Of a DNA stretch of 64,000 bases, positions 63,585 through 64,000 are shown one piece after another (positions within the stretch are counted from its first letter, which is position 1; every line of letters starts with the position of its first letter). A program made the position numbers and the translations under genes. The DNA lies in the IMG/VR virus record IMGVR_UViG_3300044998_001357, positions 84,784 through 148,783 of that record; one strand, written 5' to 3'. The notes beneath the pieces are model-generated. The model searched no databases, was not told the DNA's origin, and saw only the letters and a program-made list of their open reading frames with translations. Source of the stretch: a virus.

Positions 63585-64000
63585 ATGGAAAAAAACACCC
63601 CCACTGAAGCGGCAGCAGCGCTCGCTGGGCTGCTGACGCAATATAAGGCGGCTCTAGCGGCCCGCCACGCGGCCGAAGAGGCCCTAGACCAGGAGGCCAT
63701 TGATGCGGCCAACGCGGGTCTGGGACAGATACGCGACAAAGTCCGGGAGATGATGAAGAACATCTCCCCGGAGGAGTTGAGCGACCGCCGATGTTATACG
63801 CTCGTGTTAGCCGCATCTCGCGGCGCAACGCCGCGAGGCCTCCGCGATATTGCGGAGGCTCTCGTAGTCTCTTGCGAGGACGGTATCACCGTCCCAGCGC
63901 ACCGGTACGAGTCTATGTTCCGGGGCCGTGGCTGGGCGCGGCTTGAGAAAGGTGATGGTGATGGTGAGGTCTGGGCCGAACGTGTGGCAGGCGGATACCG
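63585..64000 (+). CDS. Hypothetical early protein, runs off the window (not in the ORF track)
   Basis: AAGGAG-N9-ATG; MEKNTPTEAAAALAGLL... open to the window end. Confidence 0.7.
   Translation, partial: MEKNTPTEAAAALAGLLTQYKAALAARHAAEEALDQEAIDAANAGLGQIRDKVREMMKNISPEELSDRRCYTLVLAASRGATPRGLRDIAEALVVSCEDGITVPAHRYESMFRGRGWARLEKGDGDGEVWAERVAGGY

Noticed and set aside
1-64000. Stop-codon reassignment, tRNA genes, integrase or tail sheath
   Set aside because: Genes are full-length in the standard code, and no cloverleaf, recombinase or sheath motifs were recognised in this window

Overview
The window is a 64-kb piece of a large tailed dsDNA phage genome. It uses the standard genetic code, shows no contractile-sheath gene, and its host cannot be determined from the sequence. 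There are four blocks. (1) 1-15.8 kb (+): PhoH, a CAP-domain protein, a dense glycan and nucleotide-sugar cluster (GT4, GT2 and CgeB-type glycosyltransferases, a nucleotidyltransferase, two SDR epimerases, an HddA-type kinase, Fcl), an endonuclease and a Rad52-like annealing protein. (2) 15.9-23.9 kb: tail-tip genes transcribed divergently, plus a lipoprotein with its own sigma70-like promoter. (3) 23.9-59.4 kb (-): a late module of sigma factor, putative TerS, Gmd, an HNH remnant, an ERCC4 nuclease, TerL split by three inteins, portal, protease-scaffold, decoration, major capsid, neck and tail genes, and a 3383-aa tape measure carrying cargo domains bounded by [FYLM]AxGG motifs. (4) 59.5-64 kb (+): an early-type region with two duplicated bipartite promoters and three copies of a ~115-130 nt intergenic cassette. 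The best candidate for a new system is this cassette. Each copy folds as a circularly permuted (type-P5) twister self-cleaving ribozyme, followed by a hairpin, an RBS and a start codon. This suggests a natural ribozyme-insulator system that cuts the early transcript into gene-sized mRNAs. All calls are by eye from motifs and base pairing; no database search was run.
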